NCBI GenBank assembly: GCA_903822075.1
Contig: CAIJNK010000021.1
Location: 13,112-77,111, forward strand
Source: an uncultured bacterium
GTDB lineage: Bacteria > Patescibacteriota > Minisyncoccia > Phycocordibacterales > GWA1-40-21
Reading direction: 5' to 3'
Length of the DNA stretch: 64,000 bases
Shown here: positions 18,351-28,501 of the stretch, piece by piece
How positions within the stretch are numbered: position 1 is the first letter of the stretch
Layout: every line of letters begins with the position of its first letter
Translations under genes and position numbers: made by a program
Notes under the pieces: generated by a model
Seen by the model: the letters and a program-made list of their open reading frames with translations, nothing else
Databases searched by the model: none
Told to the model about the DNA's origin: nothing

Positions 18351-18965
18351 TTATTGACGATATTCTCTTTGAGAAATACTGGTCTGCAGATTAAAATCAG
18401 TTTTAATTTTTTCCTTTACCCCCGCTTCACCTTGAATTGAGATAACCATCCGAGGCTGTTGCGCCAAACTGGTCACCCCAATGATATAAAACTTTGAGCT
18501 GGGGGCGATTACTACCTCGGCCGAAGTTATCGGATTAAAGGCTGAAGGATTTGAATATGAACAGGTAACCCCACCTACCTCCAGGCATAATTTTATCTTA
18601 TTCCCCTCGAATTTATAATAAGCATATTTTTTCAAACCAGTAGGATCTGAGACATCAACCGGATCAGCTCTCTGTGACCGGTATTTGATAATATTTCCAC
18701 CACCCGGGCAATCGGTACTCGTAGGTTCACCATTGTTTCCACAATTATAATCCGATCCCAATCTCATATCTTTGGAAATACCCTCAATGGCGAAACTGAG
18801 ATTATTAATAGCGGTCTTGATTGATCGGGCCTTACTATTGGCATCAATAACGTTCATCAGGGCCCCCATGGCGGCCGTCATCACAATAGTAAAAACTGCA
18901 GTTGCCACTAAGAGCTCAATTATCGTAAAACCTGATTTAGTCTTATTTTTGAAAAAATACTTCAT
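18351..18965 (-). CDS. Type IV pilin-like protein.
   Basis: KSGFTIIELLVATAVF prepilin N-terminus, 204 aa. Confidence 0.75.
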   Translation of the reverse strand: MKYFFKNKTKSGFTIIELLVATAVFTIVMTAAMGALMNVIDANSKARSIKTAINNLSFAIEGISKDMRLGSDYNCGNNGEPTSTDCPGGGNIIKYRSQRADPVDVSDPTGLKKYAYYKFEGNKIKLCLEVGGVTCSYSNPSAFNPITSAEVVIAPSSKFYIIGVTSLAQQPRMVISIQGEAGVKEKIKTDFNLQTSISQREYRQ

Positions 18966-18968
18966 GGT

Positions 18969-19649
18969 TTAATTCAAAATCTCGATCAGACCGTTAGACC
19001 TGACTCGCACCTTCCTGATATTACCATCGGGGTTACCCAAGATTATGGTTGCGATTCCGACGGAAGACACAGTAGTACTGTCATTAAACCTGATCTGGGC
19101 GTCCGGGTTTGGCCGCTTGAAAACAACATCTAAACTGCTCTTGCTGGTATCTGGACTAGTTGAACAAGCTTTCTGCGTAACGTCCAACTCTTCCTCGCAA
19201 ATCTGCTTGATGTAATTTCCCCTTTTAATACTATACCTGCTCACGCACCCTTTCTCAATCTGACAAATTGACGGATCAATGGTAGCTAGGGTGTTCTTAC
19301 CATAACGGCCGTCGTTACCTTCAGTACTGGAAGAATAAGTCAGGTCGGCAAAAAGAATGAACGACTTTGGAGAACTTGTGGCAAAGTGAACTCCATAAGG
19401 CACAAAGTTTCCGGTATCGCCGGAGGCCCCGGTATTAAACTCCTTGATGTTTATACCGTACATCTGAGCTTGCCTTACTGTCAAAGCTGTATCATATGCC
19501 AAATCGGTAAGTAGGATAGTACTGTTGAACTTTGACTGATTAAAAAGAACCACCCCAGTTAAGATGGTAAAAATCGAGAGGGTAACCAGAAGCTCAACCA
19601 AGGTAAAACCTATACTATTATTTTTGAAATTTCTTTTTACCTGAAGCAT
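18969..19649 (-). CDS. Type IV pilin-like protein.
   Basis: SIGFTLVELLVTLSIF prepilin N-terminus, 226 aa. Confidence 0.75.
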   Translation of the reverse strand: MLQVKRNFKNNSIGFTLVELLVTLSIFTILTGVVLFNQSKFNSTILLTDLAYDTALTVRQAQMYGINIKEFNTGASGDTGNFVPYGVHFATSSPKSFILFADLTYSSSTEGNDGRYGKNTLATIDPSICQIEKGCVSRYSIKRGNYIKQICEEELDVTQKACSTSPDTSKSSLDVVFKRPNPDAQIRFNDSTTVSSVGIATIILGNPDGNIRKVRVRSNGLIEILN

Positions 19650-19657
19650 ACGTAAAT

Positions 19658-19666
19658 ATTATAGCA
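19658..19666 (-). promoter_or_regulatory. Extended -10 box TGCTATAAT 8 nt upstream of the pilin ATG at 19649.
   Basis: Minus-strand reading TACATGCTATAATATTTACGTATG. Confidence 0.45.
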
Positions 19667-19677
19667 TGTATACCATT

Positions 19678-20511
19678 TTATTGTATCAAAAAACCAAGAT
19701 TTAAAACATCGATGTTAAAGAAAAAAACCAATAAGAAACCGAGAATAAGAAAGGGGGCAAAAGGCACTTCTGTCTGACCGTTTATTTTTAAACCGTGCCA
19801 ACTAAATTTGGATAAAACCATCAAAATAACGCCGTAGATTGCTCCGGTCCAAAAGGCTAAAATAACGGCCGACAAACCCATAATCGGTCCTAGGAACCAG
19901 CCGATACCCAACACCAGCTTAGGGTCACCTAGACCCATCCATCGGCCGCGAGAGACGAGCCAGATAAGAAAAAGAGGAAAAGCCAGCATTGGGCCGGCTG
20001 CCAGATACCAAATCAGATGGGTTTTGATTTCAGTGGGAACACCCGCCATTAAAAAGAAGTCCGCCATAATCTTGAATAGACCCAGAAGTCCAAGAGTAAT
20101 AACTAGACCGTCGGGGATGATTTTATGTTTGATATCATAAACCGCAATACAAACTAGAGTTGCCATAGCCACTAAATAGATGAGAATATACCAGGAATCG
20201 AAATACAAACCAATTAAACCCGAATATTTTAGAAAAACACCTACAAACAGAAGTCCGGTTATACTTTCAACTACCGGGTATTGCCAGGATATCTTACTCT
20301 GACAACCACGGCATTTACCCCGCTGCAAAATAAAACTCAAGACCGGAAATAGCTCCAGTGGCCCGAGCTTTTTGCCGCAAGAAAAACAGAACGACCGTCC
20401 TTTTGTGGCGGAGACGCCGGTGTTATAGCGTAAAACAAGAACATTCAGAAAACTGCCAATAATGGTGCCAAAAATAAAAACCAAGATGTAAAAAATTATT
20501 TCGGTAGTCAT
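19678..20511 (-). CDS. pilD: Prepilin peptidase (A24 family) PilD.
   Basis: N-terminal CFSCGKKL...CRGCQ zinc motif, polytopic membrane domain, 277 aa, inside the pilin cluster. Confidence 0.8.
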   Translation of the reverse strand: MTTEIIFYILVFIFGTIIGSFLNVLVLRYNTGVSATKGRSFCFSCGKKLGPLELFPVLSFILQRGKCRGCQSKISWQYPVVESITGLLFVGVFLKYSGLIGLYFDSWYILIYLVAMATLVCIAVYDIKHKIIPDGLVITLGLLGLFKIMADFFLMAGVPTEIKTHLIWYLAAGPMLAFPLFLIWLVSRGRWMGLGDPKLVLGIGWFLGPIMGLSAVILAFWTGAIYGVILMVLSKFSWHGLKINGQTEVPFAPFLILGFLLVFFFNIDVLNLGFLIQ

Positions 20512-20517
20512 GTTTAT

Positions 20518-21000
20518 CTATGGGTGAACGTTAAAGTTTTTTGTACCAGCTACAAGACCGGGGCCGGAATAACCAACATCGCAATAACTATAGCCATTAG
20601 AAATACTGCCTGGGGCTGAAGAGAAAGTATCGGCCGCATCAATTTGGGCGCTAGTTAATTCCAAAGTCGTCCCTAAGTGATAATAGACGCATTTAGGACT
20701 GCCAGCTCTTTTTAGAGGGATGTAAGTATACTGCGTGCCGTCTGGAGAAACTAAAGAATCGGCCGTTGTGTACTTAGGAACGAGTTCCTGGAGGGTCAAG
20801 GGGTACCCTTGAGTTGAAGTGGCTTGGCCACTGTAAAGTGACAAGCCAAGCTGGATATTGGTAATATCCGAAATTCTTTCCGTGTCGCGATTTTTCTTTC
20901 GAATATCATTCATCGAGGGTAAAATAAGGGTCGTTAAAATGGCAATGATAGCAATCACTATCAACACCTCCGCGATGGTAAAGCCAGACTTGATTTTCAT
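20518..21000 (-). CDS. Type IV pilin-like protein.
   Basis: KSGFTIAEVLIVIAII prepilin N-terminus, 160 aa. Confidence 0.75.
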   Translation of the reverse strand: MKIKSGFTIAEVLIVIAIIAILTTLILPSMNDIRKKNRDTERISDITNIQLGLSLYSGQATSTQGYPLTLQELVPKYTTADSLVSPDGTQYTYIPLKRAGSPKCVYYHLGTTLELTSAQIDAADTFSSAPGSISNGYSYCDVGYSGPGLVAGTKNFNVHP

Positions 21001-21006
21001 GGGTTC

Positions 21007-21015
21007 ATTATAGCA
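21007..21015 (-). promoter_or_regulatory. Extended -10 box TGCTATAAT 6 nt upstream of the pilin ATG at 21000.
   Basis: Minus-strand reading AATTGCTATAATGAACCCATG. Confidence 0.45.
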
Positions 21016-21039
21016 ATTAAACTTTAAAAAGAGAAATAG

Positions 21040-21483
21040 CTACTGACAAGAACCGTCGTTTCCGGCAATGCTGGAAGTAGAATTACCCTCAAAATCGATG
21101 CACCAACCCCCTCCTCCCTGGAGAGTAGCCGAAACAGCATAAGTACTAGTTCCGACCATACAGGTCGTGGTAGCGTTAAAACGTCCATTGAGCGCCGCCA
21201 ACTGGTTGATTATGTAGGTGTCAGACATCAGGCCTTCCGTGTTGGCGCAATTATCAACAATGGGGTCCCCGTCCACAAAGGAGGGGTAATAACCGTTGTT
21301 TTCATCACGATAAATCTGCGCCTGCGCTTGAATATTCTTTAACTCCCCCTTTATGGCCGCATCATTGCCTTTTATTCTGGCGGTATTCATACTAGCTAAG
21401 ACCACGGATGATAAAATACCAATGATGGCAATCACCACCAACAACTCGACCAATGTAAACCCGCTCCTTAACTTTGTAGACAT
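21040..21483 (-). CDS. Type IV pilin (major-pilin-like).
   Basis: RSGFTLVELLVVIAIIGILSSVVLASMNTARIKGNDAAIK, 147 aa. Confidence 0.8.
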   Translation of the reverse strand: MSTKLRSGFTLVELLVVIAIIGILSSVVLASMNTARIKGNDAAIKGELKNIQAQAQIYRDENNGYYPSFVDGDPIVDNCANTEGLMSDTYIINQLAALNGRFNATTTCMVGTSTYAVSATLQGGGGWCIDFEGNSTSSIAGNDGSCQ

Positions 21484-21516
21484 ATCTTGTTTTTACAAGT
21501 TAACATATATAAATAT

Positions 21517-21525
21517 ATTATAGCA
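21517..21525 (-). promoter_or_regulatory. ATGTGCTATAAT promoter box with ~33-nt leader upstream of pilin 21040..21483.
   Basis: Exact copy of the ATGTGCTATAAT motif. Confidence 0.45.
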
Positions 21526-21622
21526 CATTCATATTATGACACCAAAAAATTTAGCAACAAAATAGCCTGCTCAAGGCAGACTACTTTGCTTAAACCAAAA
21601 TTGGCTTAACTAAACCTCGACT

Positions 21623-22033
21623 TTAAATACAACCGGATGAGCCAATGTTTGATACGCTACCTGTTGTTGTCGAAACACCATTACCGTCAGTACAGAAGTA
21701 GTTGGCGCTGTTTGCAACAAGCTTTGAAGCAGCTGCCCAACCAGAAGAAGAAGCAGAAGTGGAAATGGATGTTCCACCGGAACTTATAATACCGTTCATT
21801 ATTCTAACAACTGTTGGATCAGCAAACATACCAACGTAGGTTGGGGTTGACTGGTTATCATAATACAAAGCAGCTTGAGCTTTGAGGCTTCCGAGCTGTG
21901 ACTTGATAGCTGCATCCTGACCCTTGGCTCTGGCGGTGTTCAATGATGCCAAGACAACTGACGAAAGAATACCGATAATTGCGATAACGACGAGAAGTTC
22001 TATAAGTGTAAAACCTCTATTTGATTTTGTCAT
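21623..22033 (-). CDS. Type IV pilin (PilA-like major pilin).
   Basis: NRGFTLIELLVVIAIIGILSSVVLASLNTARAKGQDAAIK, 136 aa. Confidence 0.8.
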   Translation of the reverse strand: MTKSNRGFTLIELLVVIAIIGILSSVVLASLNTARAKGQDAAIKSQLGSLKAQAALYYDNQSTPTYVGMFADPTVVRIMNGIISSGGTSISTSASSSGWAAASKLVANSANYFCTDGNGVSTTTGSVSNIGSSGCI

Positions 22034-22214
22034 AATTAATTTTTAAACTTTTTACTCTCCTAATTTTTATTTTATAAAAATTTAGATGAGTGAATTAAAA
22101 CCTTATAAATTCCAAATTATTTTTGACTCATTTTATCACTTTACGTAAGAGTGACAAGAAGAGATCGACCAAAAACTTTTTGGGAAGCTAAAATAAAATG
22201 ATTAGCCTACGTTT

Positions 22215-22223
22215 ATTATAGCA
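22215..22223 (-). promoter_or_regulatory. ATGTGCTATAAT promoter box ~185 nt upstream of pilin 21623..22033 (long 5' UTR).
   Basis: Exact motif. Weak TTGTTG -35 at 16-nt spacing. Confidence 0.4.
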
Positions 22224-22377
22224 CATAACGAATTGTCAACAACACAGGGGTGTGGAAAACTATCATCCTTCAGGGTTCAGGTTATTTTCCGTTACTGTTT
22301 ATGTCAAAATTTACTAATTTCGCAGTATAGTTCACGTCTAAATCTGCTGATTTCGACGTAAATTTTACGCTTAAAAT

Positions 22378-23583
22378 TTACATTGCGCCGGAAATATTGT
22401 AAATAGGGATAAGAACGGAAGCCAGAAGGAAGGCTACGCCAAAACCCAAAAAGACGATCATTACCGGCTCAATTAAAGCCACGAGTGTATCAATGGCAGT
22501 AATAACCTCTCGGCGATAGAACAAGGCCAGAGTTTTTAAAATATTCCCCAACTGGCCAGTTTCTTCTCCAATCTTGATCATGGCGACAAATATACCCGGT
22601 ATTTCACCAGACTTCATCATGGCATCAGAAATAGAGCTGCCGGATTTTACGTCCTCCATGGCTTGAAGCAAAACTTCCTCAAATATTTTATTATCCACCA
22701 CCTTGGAAGTCAGCTCCAGACCCCGGACAATTGGGATTCCGGACATAAGCATTACATTCATATTGTCGGCAATTCTCGAAAGATACAGTTTACGATATAG
22801 GATCTGCACTATTGGAGTAGATATTTTTAATTGGTCAAAGGCTCGGCCACCAGCTTCAGTACGAATATAGCGCCAAAGGAAAAAACCACCAACAATCACT
22901 AGGATAAGCAGGAAGATTCCATAATCAACAAAAAACTTTGAGAGATTGATAATTATTTGGGTATAAATCGGCAAGCCTTGCCCTGCATCAGTTAAAATAG
23001 CACCAATTTTAGGAATAACAACAGTCAACATCAAGACCATCACGACAATAAAAGTAAAAATAATGAAGGCCGGATAGAACAAAGCGCCCTTAACCTTGGA
23101 AGTTACCTCATGTGTTCGGTCCAAATAATCTGCCAAATAGAGCAAGGTTTGATCCAGTTTTCCTGATTCCTCGCCAGATTTAACCATATTGACGTAAAAA
23201 TCTGAGAATAAAACCGGGTGTTTAGCTAAGGCTTCCGAGATAGTGTTACCGGCTTGTAGGTCGGTGGCAATCTCATTAAGCTCTCTTCTCATTATAGGTT
23301 TTTCCGACTGACTAGCCAAAAGCTCAAACACTCTCAAGGCGGATACTTGGGCCTCAAAGAGAGTGGACATCTGTCTTGACAACACCACTAAATCTTTACT
23401 GGAGACTTTTTCAAAAAAGGAGATTCTTTTTTCAAAAAAAGATCCTTCCTCCAACGGATCAATACTGGAGAGGACCAAACCTCTCTTTTGCAAAGAATTT
23501 ATCGCGACTTCCAAACTGACGGCCTCAATGGTGCCTTCCTTCTGATTTGCCGATTGATCTATCGCCTTATATTTAAAAATCAT
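22378..23583 (-). CDS. pilC: Type IV pilus assembly platform protein PilC (GspF family).
   Basis: 401 aa, two GspF repeats with 3 TM segments, between pilT and the pilin genes. Confidence 0.85.
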   Translation of the reverse strand: MIFKYKAIDQSANQKEGTIEAVSLEVAINSLQKRGLVLSSIDPLEEGSFFEKRISFFEKVSSKDLVVLSRQMSTLFEAQVSALRVFELLASQSEKPIMRRELNEIATDLQAGNTISEALAKHPVLFSDFYVNMVKSGEESGKLDQTLLYLADYLDRTHEVTSKVKGALFYPAFIIFTFIVVMVLMLTVVIPKIGAILTDAGQGLPIYTQIIINLSKFFVDYGIFLLILVIVGGFFLWRYIRTEAGGRAFDQLKISTPIVQILYRKLYLSRIADNMNVMLMSGIPIVRGLELTSKVVDNKIFEEVLLQAMEDVKSGSSISDAMMKSGEIPGIFVAMIKIGEETGQLGNILKTLALFYRREVITAIDTLVALIEPVMIVFLGFGVAFLLASVLIPIYNISGAM

Positions 23584-23588
23584 GTTTT

Positions 23589-24650
23589 TTACAATAACCT
23601 TTCGAGACTCTTTGGATTGAAGGAAAAATGATAAGCGTTTTCAATGGTAATTTCACCTCTAGACACCAAATCGGCCAAACAACGGTTCATATCCACCATT
23701 CCCTCTTGCGAACTGGTCTCAATCACCGTATTTATTTCGTGCGTCCTCTTCTCTCTAATTAAATTTGAGACTGCACTGTTATTTATCAATAACTCATAGG
23801 CTGGGACAAGGCCACCCGATATTCTCGGGACCAGGCGTTGAGAAAAAATCCCATTCAAGCTGTTTGATAACTGATTACGAATCTGATCCTGTTGATTACC
23901 CGGAAAGGAATCGATGATTCTATCAATAGTCTGCGCGGCACTATTTGTATGAAGAGTAGAGAAAACTAAGTGCCCAGTCTCGCCAGCAGTAACGGCAGTG
24001 GAAATAGTTTCCAGCCCGCGCATTTCGCCAATCAAAACTACGTCCACGTCTTCTCGAAACATACTGCGTAAAGCGTTTGGAAAATCGACAGTGTCAATCC
24101 GTACTTCCCTCTGGTCAATCACCGATCGTTTCTGCTCATAAAGATATTCGATAGGATCTTCAATTGTTAAGATATGTTCGGCTCGGGTGGAATTAACATA
24201 ATCGATCATCGAAGCTAGAGTGGTACTCTTGCCGTGACCAACCGGACCGACAACGAGAAAAAAACCCTGCTGTTTTTCCGCAAAAGTCTTCAAGATGTCG
24301 GGTAGATTAAGTTCTTCAATTGTCCTTATCTTCTTTGGCACCAAGCGAAGAGCGATCGAAATAGCCCCCTGCTGAAAATAAGCGTTGCCTCGAAAACGAA
24401 AATCTTCAAAGCCGTAGGAGAAATCTATTTCTTTGGTGCTGTTAAAAATTTCCATGTTCTTTTCAGATAAAAGAAGATTCAAGAAGCCGGCCGTATCTTC
24501 TTTGGTCAAAACTGTGTGTTTAATCAAAGGCAAAAGCATACCGGATATTCTAATTGTCGGATGTCTTCCTTCTGACATATGAAGATCTGACGCTCCTTCA
24601 TTGACCACCGACCTCATCAGATCTTTTAAAACTGTGTTATAATCCGTCAT
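23589..24650 (-). CDS. pilT: Type IV pilus retraction ATPase PilT.
   Basis: Walker A GPVGHGKSTT, Asp box and His box of the PilT/GspE superfamily, 353 aa, no N-terminal GspE-N domain. Confidence 0.8.
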   Translation of the reverse strand: MTDYNTVLKDLMRSVVNEGASDLHMSEGRHPTIRISGMLLPLIKHTVLTKEDTAGFLNLLLSEKNMEIFNSTKEIDFSYGFEDFRFRGNAYFQQGAISIALRLVPKKIRTIEELNLPDILKTFAEKQQGFFLVVGPVGHGKSTTLASMIDYVNSTRAEHILTIEDPIEYLYEQKRSVIDQREVRIDTVDFPNALRSMFREDVDVVLIGEMRGLETISTAVTAGETGHLVFSTLHTNSAAQTIDRIIDSFPGNQQDQIRNQLSNSLNGIFSQRLVPRISGGLVPAYELLINNSAVSNLIREKRTHEINTVIETSSQEGMVDMNRCLADLVSRGEITIENAYHFSFNPKSLERLL

Positions 24651-24654
24651 ATTT

Positions 24655-25062
24655 TTATTGCTTAACCTCAGTCTTTTTTTGCAAATTATAAATCCTCTCT
24701 ACTTCTTCCACTACCTCAGAAGGAATAGTGGTGGCCTTGATTATATAACCGTTGATACCAAAGCTCTTAGCTTTTTCAATATCCGCCAATTGACCTTGGT
24801 TGGTCAGCATAATAATCATTGCATTCGGAACAAGGTTGTTCTTTTTAAGATTATCCAATATTTCAAAACCGTCCATTCCCGGCATAACAATATCCAGTAA
24901 GACTATATCCGGGGCATAACCTTCTTTGATCTTGCCTAAAGCTTCTTCACCAGATGAAGCAGAATTTACTTCAAAACCATTCTTGCTGAATTTTATAGAA
25001 TACATGTTCAACAGAAACTTATCGTCATCAATAATCAAAACTTTTGGTAATTTATTTTCCAT
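24655..25062 (-). CDS. Response-regulator receiver domain (PilH/CheY-like) inside the pilus operon.
   Basis: KVLIIDDD..DIVLLDIVMPGMDGFEIL..K, 135 aa, no output domain. Confidence 0.75.
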   Translation of the reverse strand: MENKLPKVLIIDDDKFLLNMYSIKFSKNGFEVNSASSGEEALGKIKEGYAPDIVLLDIVMPGMDGFEILDNLKKNNLVPNAMIIMLTNQGQLADIEKAKSFGINGYIIKATTIPSEVVEEVERIYNLQKKTEVKQ

Positions 25063-25101
25063 GGAAATATTATATCATAATAAAAAACTAATAAATACAA
25101 C

Positions 25102-26841
25102 CTAAACGTCTTCTTCCATCATACCCAAGGTGTCTATCTCGCCAAAAGGAACCTGTTTGTTTAACGCTTTGACAATAGCATCTTCTTTCATAACAAGCAT
25201 TCCTCGATTCCTGAGAGAATCATAAATACTCGTCTCAGTTGGATTTGTCAAAATAATCTTTTCAATTTCCTTGTTCATTTTAAAGGCCTCGAAGACAGCT
25301 ATACGGCCTTTGGTTCCGGTCGGACACTCCGGTGTTGATTCCGGCTCATAGACAAATTCAAATTTTGGTAGCTTGTTTTTATATTCTTCCGGTAGATCTC
25401 TGAATTGCTTATCAAACAAAGCCTTGATACTGCCCTCCACCGGTACCGGTTTCCCTGTGCCAGGATAAAGGGTTCGGATCAAACGTTGAGCCATAGTCAA
25501 AATAAGGGTCGGGGCAATCAAATAGGGATCCACCCCCATGTCAATAAGCCTTGGAATCACCCCCACGGCATTGTTAGTATGGATTGTTGCCAAAACCAAG
25601 TGACCGGTCAAAGCGGCTTGAATGGCCAATTGGGCTGTTTCCTTATCACGGATTTCTCCCACCATGATCACGTCTGGGTCCTGACGTAGGGTAGTTCTCA
25701 AACCGGTCGCAAATGTATAACCAATGTCGGGAAAAATCTGCGACTGAGAAACACCATCTATATTATATTCAATTGGGTCTTCCAAAGAGAGAACGTTCAG
25801 ACCCTCCTTATCTATTTCTTGAAGCATGGAATACATGGTGGTGGTTTTTCCGGAACCAGTCGGACCGGAAATCAGAATCATACCGTATGGTCGTTTAATG
25901 GCGTCACGAATATAGGCTAGGTTTGTATCCGACAGACCGATTTTATCCAAAGTCTGAATCCCTTTTTCTTGGTCCAAAATTCTCATCACGATTTTCTCGC
26001 CATAATAGGCGGGAAAAGTCGAGACACGAAAGTCAATTTTTCGACCGTCAATCTTAGCGGAAAAACGCCCGTCTTGCGGTTTTCTTTTTTCATCCAGCTT
26101 CATATTGGACAGGATTTTTATCCTAGCGATAACCGCCGAGTGTACGGCCACCGGTAAGAAGAGGCTGGTATTCAAGACCCCATCAACTCGGAATCTCACT
26201 CGAATTTTGTCTTTCATGTGTTCAATGTGGATATCTGAAGCTTCTCCTTCCGTCGCATAACGCAAGATAGTTGCAACAATTTTTGTTACCGGCGCATCCT
26301 CGACTATTTTTGTTTCCAGTGGATCCTCGTGAGAAGCATTCGAACTGATTTCTACGTTATCCACATCGTCCGATAACTCTGTCTCTAATTCGGTTAAAGC
26401 CTTAGTCACCTCGCCAGATAAACCCTTATAATCATCCATCACCTTTTCAAAGTCTGACATGGTAATCAAATAAAGCTTAAAGGGCATATTGATCTTGCTG
26501 GCAATAAAGTTCAGAGCATCCCGAGCGTCAATATTCTCGGGGTCAACAATACCCACTTCAAGTAAACCTTCTTTAATACCGATCGGGACAAAACTGTAAT
26601 GCATAGCGGAATCTTCTGAAATATTTTTCAGGATAGAAAAAGGTATCTGTTTACCTTCCAGATTTCTAGTGGGAATATTATAATACTCGCCTTTAGCATC
26701 CAAAATAGCGTCTTCATTGACTCCTCTTTTGATTAGAATTTGCTCCAAAGAAACTCCGGCGGACTCAGCCTCTGTTTTGATTCGGCCTACATCCCCTCGG
26801 TTAATTATCTCCTTTTGGGCTAATATGTCTAATATACTCAT
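25102..26841 (-). CDS. pilB: Type IV pilus assembly ATPase PilB (GspE family).
   Basis: N-terminal GspE-N domain, Walker A GPTGSGKTTT, 579 aa. Confidence 0.85.
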   Translation of the reverse strand: MSILDILAQKEIINRGDVGRIKTEAESAGVSLEQILIKRGVNEDAILDAKGEYYNIPTRNLEGKQIPFSILKNISEDSAMHYSFVPIGIKEGLLEVGIVDPENIDARDALNFIASKINMPFKLYLITMSDFEKVMDDYKGLSGEVTKALTELETELSDDVDNVEISSNASHEDPLETKIVEDAPVTKIVATILRYATEGEASDIHIEHMKDKIRVRFRVDGVLNTSLFLPVAVHSAVIARIKILSNMKLDEKRKPQDGRFSAKIDGRKIDFRVSTFPAYYGEKIVMRILDQEKGIQTLDKIGLSDTNLAYIRDAIKRPYGMILISGPTGSGKTTTMYSMLQEIDKEGLNVLSLEDPIEYNIDGVSQSQIFPDIGYTFATGLRTTLRQDPDVIMVGEIRDKETAQLAIQAALTGHLVLATIHTNNAVGVIPRLIDMGVDPYLIAPTLILTMAQRLIRTLYPGTGKPVPVEGSIKALFDKQFRDLPEEYKNKLPKFEFVYEPESTPECPTGTKGRIAVFEAFKMNKEIEKIILTNPTETSIYDSLRNRGMLVMKEDAIVKALNKQVPFGEIDTLGMMEEDV

Positions 26842-26858
26842 ATGAAATTTCTCAAAAA

Positions 26859-27212
26859 CTACTTAGCCTTGCTGGTGCTGGTACTTTTAGGAGCGACAAC
26901 GGCGGAATTTTCTATACCGATCGGTAGAAAAGGGTTCTTACGCCCGGCCACCTGAGTATCCAGACCTCGTTCAAAACTTTTAAGACTAACAAAAACTTTA
27001 TCCGAAAAGACCGAATCATCCAAAGTTACTGAGTTCAATTGATCTAACATTGCCAAAATAACTTGTCCATCGGCAAACTGAACGGGAGTGCCGGTATCGG
27101 CGACTAAGGCCACATCTACTGAATCTTTATTGGGAAAAAATATTTTATAGGCGACAAAAATAACGGCGATTATGACAATGGCGATTATTATTTGTTTGGT
27201 ATTTTTAGCCAT
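26859..27212 (-). CDS. Small membrane-anchored protein in the pilus operon (possibly PilP-like).
   Basis: Single N-terminal TM helix, 117 aa. Function assigned by position only. Confidence 0.35.
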   Translation of the reverse strand: MAKNTKQIIIAIVIIAVIFVAYKIFFPNKDSVDVALVADTGTPVQFADGQVILAMLDQLNSVTLDDSVFSDKVFVSLKSFERGLDTQVAGRKNPFLPIGIENSAVVAPKSTSTSKAK

Positions 27213-27224
27213 GATTTTAATAAT

Positions 27225-27788
27225 TTATTTTAACCAATAAGTTTTCAGACCGACGGAAAAATCATACAAACCGGTGTTATTCCCAGAAACCGACAGATCG
27301 GTAATTTCAACCAAACGTAAACTCTTCTCTAGATCTGCGAGAAAATCTTGAAACTTTTCATAAGTGGCACTGACTGAAAAAGAGATTCCGACCGTCCCAT
27401 ACTTACTGGTATCAGCACCTAATTTATTCGGGTCGATCTTGGCGTTAGTATCCAATCGCGCTCCCTTTAAAGTGAGATTATGCTGATTGGCAATATTCGT
27501 CATATCAATGATTAACTTGATATTATCAATATTATCGGGCAGGAGTTTGTTTAATCTTTCAAGATTATCTGAACTGAAAGAGTCTTTCTTGGTTTCTAGG
27601 GCCTGCTTTTTATCTTTGATTGCCCCGGTGTTATTCAGAGCTTTTTGATACTGTTCATCCTCTGTTTGTAAGTTTTTAATACTCGCAGCGCCGTAGCTAA
27701 CCGCGTCTCCACGATAAACAGGATCGGTATACATAAAAAATGTCCCGATAGAGATTATTATTAGAATGATTGGGGTTATGATATTCAT
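27225..27788 (-). CDS. pilO: PilO-like pilus assembly protein.
   Basis: N-terminal TM helix plus coiled-coil/periplasmic domain, 187 aa. Synteny pilM-pilN-pilO. Confidence 0.55.
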   Translation of the reverse strand: MNIITPIILIIISIGTFFMYTDPVYRGDAVSYGAASIKNLQTEDEQYQKALNNTGAIKDKKQALETKKDSFSSDNLERLNKLLPDNIDNIKLIIDMTNIANQHNLTLKGARLDTNAKIDPNKLGADTSKYGTVGISFSVSATYEKFQDFLADLEKSLRLVEITDLSVSGNNTGLYDFSVGLKTYWLK

Positions 27789-27799
27789 ATTTTTAATGA

Positions 27800-28450
27800 T
27801 TATAGCGTTGGAGTGGTGGTGGCTGTAGTGGTGGCCTCTGGAGCGCTAGGAAAATTTTGACCGTTGGCAACGCTTTCACCGTAAGTAACCAACTTGGAAT
27901 CGATTAGAGCGCTAAAATTAAAAGACACCGTGCCATCCGGATTAAGATTAAAATCAGACACCACCGGTTGTGAAATAAATCCACTTAAATCATCTTTACC
28001 GAAGGCATCGGACTGCCTGGACAAAGCGTCATAGTTCTTGGCAATGCCCGCTAAATCAATCTTGATATTATCGACGCCACCATAAGAAAATTTAAAACTT
28101 TTTAACTGAACGTTTTGGACTATTTTTTTCTGTAACAGGACAAAGACTGGAGTGACGGCTAAATGCTGACTTAACAGACTCTTTGTTTGCTCTATTCGGT
28201 CATTTAAGCGCAACAAAGGTTCAATAGTGGCCTCATCATAATTATCTTTTTCCGCCACCAGAGCCGCCTTGTCTTTATCTACTTGTGCAACCAAAGATGT
28301 ACGCCACAACCAAACAAAACCAGCTAGGGCTAGAGAAGTAATAAAAAGAATAATAGAAAGGAGTAAAAATAAGCTAATACTGGAACCTCCAATACGGCCG
28401 GCGGTTACCGGTTTTTTGGGTATAAAAGATGTTTGCATTTTTACTTCCAT
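27800..28450 (-). CDS. pilN: PilN-like pilus assembly protein.
   Basis: N-terminal TM helix, 216 aa, immediately downstream of pilM. Confidence 0.55.
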   Translation of the reverse strand: MEVKMQTSFIPKKPVTAGRIGGSSISLFLLLSIILFITSLALAGFVWLWRTSLVAQVDKDKAALVAEKDNYDEATIEPLLRLNDRIEQTKSLLSQHLAVTPVFVLLQKKIVQNVQLKSFKFSYGGVDNIKIDLAGIAKNYDALSRQSDAFGKDDLSGFISQPVVSDFNLNPDGTVSFNFSALIDSKLVTYGESVANGQNFPSAPEATTTATTTPTL

Positions 28451-28501
28451 ATTCTTGCACTATTATAATACTAATCAAAAATAAAAGCTATCAACAACAA
28501 G

